DNA of 63,326 bases, counting the filler, from Octopus bimaculoides (lineage: Eukaryota): assembly GCF_001194135.2 (NCBI RefSeq). It is 9 parts of 7 records of this genome, joined end to end, with 100 filler letters (N's around TTAATTAATTAA, not from the genome) between each part and the next. Parts side by side here need not be neighbours in the genome. Positions count along the whole stretch, not along the records: positions 54,057 to 63,326 come from NC_068987.1; 8 more parts are not named here. The stretch is one strand, 5' to 3'. The notes below the pieces were generated by a model. The model had not been told where the DNA came from. It saw nothing but the letters and a program-made list of their open reading frames with translations, and made no database searches. Made by a program: the position numbers and the translations under genes. Positions 61,969 to 63,326 of the stretch are shown one piece after another (positions within the stretch are counted from its first letter, which is position 1; every line of letters starts with the position of its first letter).

Positions 61969-63326
61969 CTCCTGACTACAATCATAGATTCTTTTTGGAG
62001 TTCCTAGTCCTATCCACAATACGCTATTCAACCACATCACAATTTCTACTCCACTTTGAAATCACCTGAAATTGCCTACAAATGGATACAATGTTTATAA
62101 ATCGACAGGTATTACATGCAGTCGGTTTTTTCCTATAATCATTTTACTAATGTGCGAAATGTTGTCGGTAAACATTGGACACAAAAACATGAAGAAAGAA
62201 ATTACACAATATATATTCAATTTGTTGCATATGACATTTACATAGCTATCAGAGGCACATACATCAATCAGGAGACTAAACAAGTTCATGTTAGTGGTTG
62301 AACGACAGGATACTAATACCAGCGAAGTCGTTTTCAAATCACAATTTACTACCTATAAAAGAGATTGTTTGAATATTGTGTTTAAAGACGAACTGCTTGA
62401 ACAAGCTAGAGGTTATGGCTTTAATACTTTTGATCAAAGTCTCCTCAATGAGAATGATTTGGTCTTAAGGAACATCCTTAACAACAACAACCACAGCTGC
62501 AGCAGAGAGTGGGGTAACAGAAGGAGACAAGTGGAGAGGGTACTTGCTTGTAATCTTTGTTTCATCAGGCTCAAATCCAGTTGCTTCAGGTGTGTCGGAA
62601 ATCGATCGAATCAGCCCAATGATTTTACTGCTATTTATTTTAACAAATTTAATATCGTTAAAAGCTAATGTCTGCAACAAACTAAATACTAGAAGCATAA
62701 AAACGACGAGTTGCTACATCAGACATCTCCTAGTTGTTAGATTATTATAATGCGCCGGTGTTTATTAATTACTCTAGCTGTAGACAGGCAAGGTGAGGGT
62801 TAATCCTTGTCAAAATTACTGATATCTCGAACAAATTCATTAGTAATTCCGAACAGGACACGTAGCAGTCACTTGTAATGTTACAAGGCGTGGTGAATTA
62901 ATCAATAAGCATTAATTGAATCCTTTTCAAATATAGGAATGGTTAAAATCAATTAGAATAATGACAGGAAATAACAGAAATGTTCATTTATTAATGTTTA
63001 TGGTTAAACTCACAGAATGCCATTGGTGTATGGGTAGACTAGAATAATTTAGCAGCAGACAAAATCTAAACAGGCACAGGCAGACACACACACAAACACA
63101 TTCATATCCATCGAAATTACCACTTCCTTTTATCCACCTCCTCATGCTCGCCATCATCACCATTGTTATCATCATCGTTATCTTCATTTTCATCATCGTT
63201 TTAATCCTACTCTTCGTCGTCGTCATCCACATACCCATTGTCGGTGTCGTCGTCCTCCTTCTCATCATCATTATCAATATCAAATCAATTTTTACCACCC
63301 TCTTACGCACATGCACCCCCCCCCCC

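Noticed and set aside
62984-63316. Acidic/Met-rich ORF at the window end
   Set aside because: Degenerate GAT/GAC repeats, with a stop in the acidic frame.

Overview
AT-rich, repeat-dense eukaryotic draft scaffold with many N gaps and microsatellites. The SINE and LINE families resemble those I recall from octopus (coleoid cephalopod) genomes; this is recollection, not a database result. Most of the window is decayed transposable elements: several tRNA-derived SINE families, R4/Dong-type and HERO-type RLE LINEs, RTE, L1-Tx1 and CR1-like LINEs, two Penelope-like elements, a Tc1 element with intact TIRs, a DD37D/maT fragment, two Helitron fragments and MITEs. None has an intact ORF. One plausible host gene can be rebuilt from splice signals on the + strand (47326-52985, 4 well-supported and 2 tentative exons, product unidentified). 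The most interesting signals are hammerhead-ribozyme-like motifs. One is a minimal type I hammerhead at 6844-6880. The other is a 709-bp TSD-flanked inverted dimer of a ~330-nt, circularly permuted, hammerhead-bearing monomer (8141-8849, retrozyme/Penelope pLTR-like) nested in a Tx1 LINE. No rRNA, genuine tRNA or CRISPR array is supported. Nearly all ORFs in the supplied track are artefacts of gaps or simple repeats.
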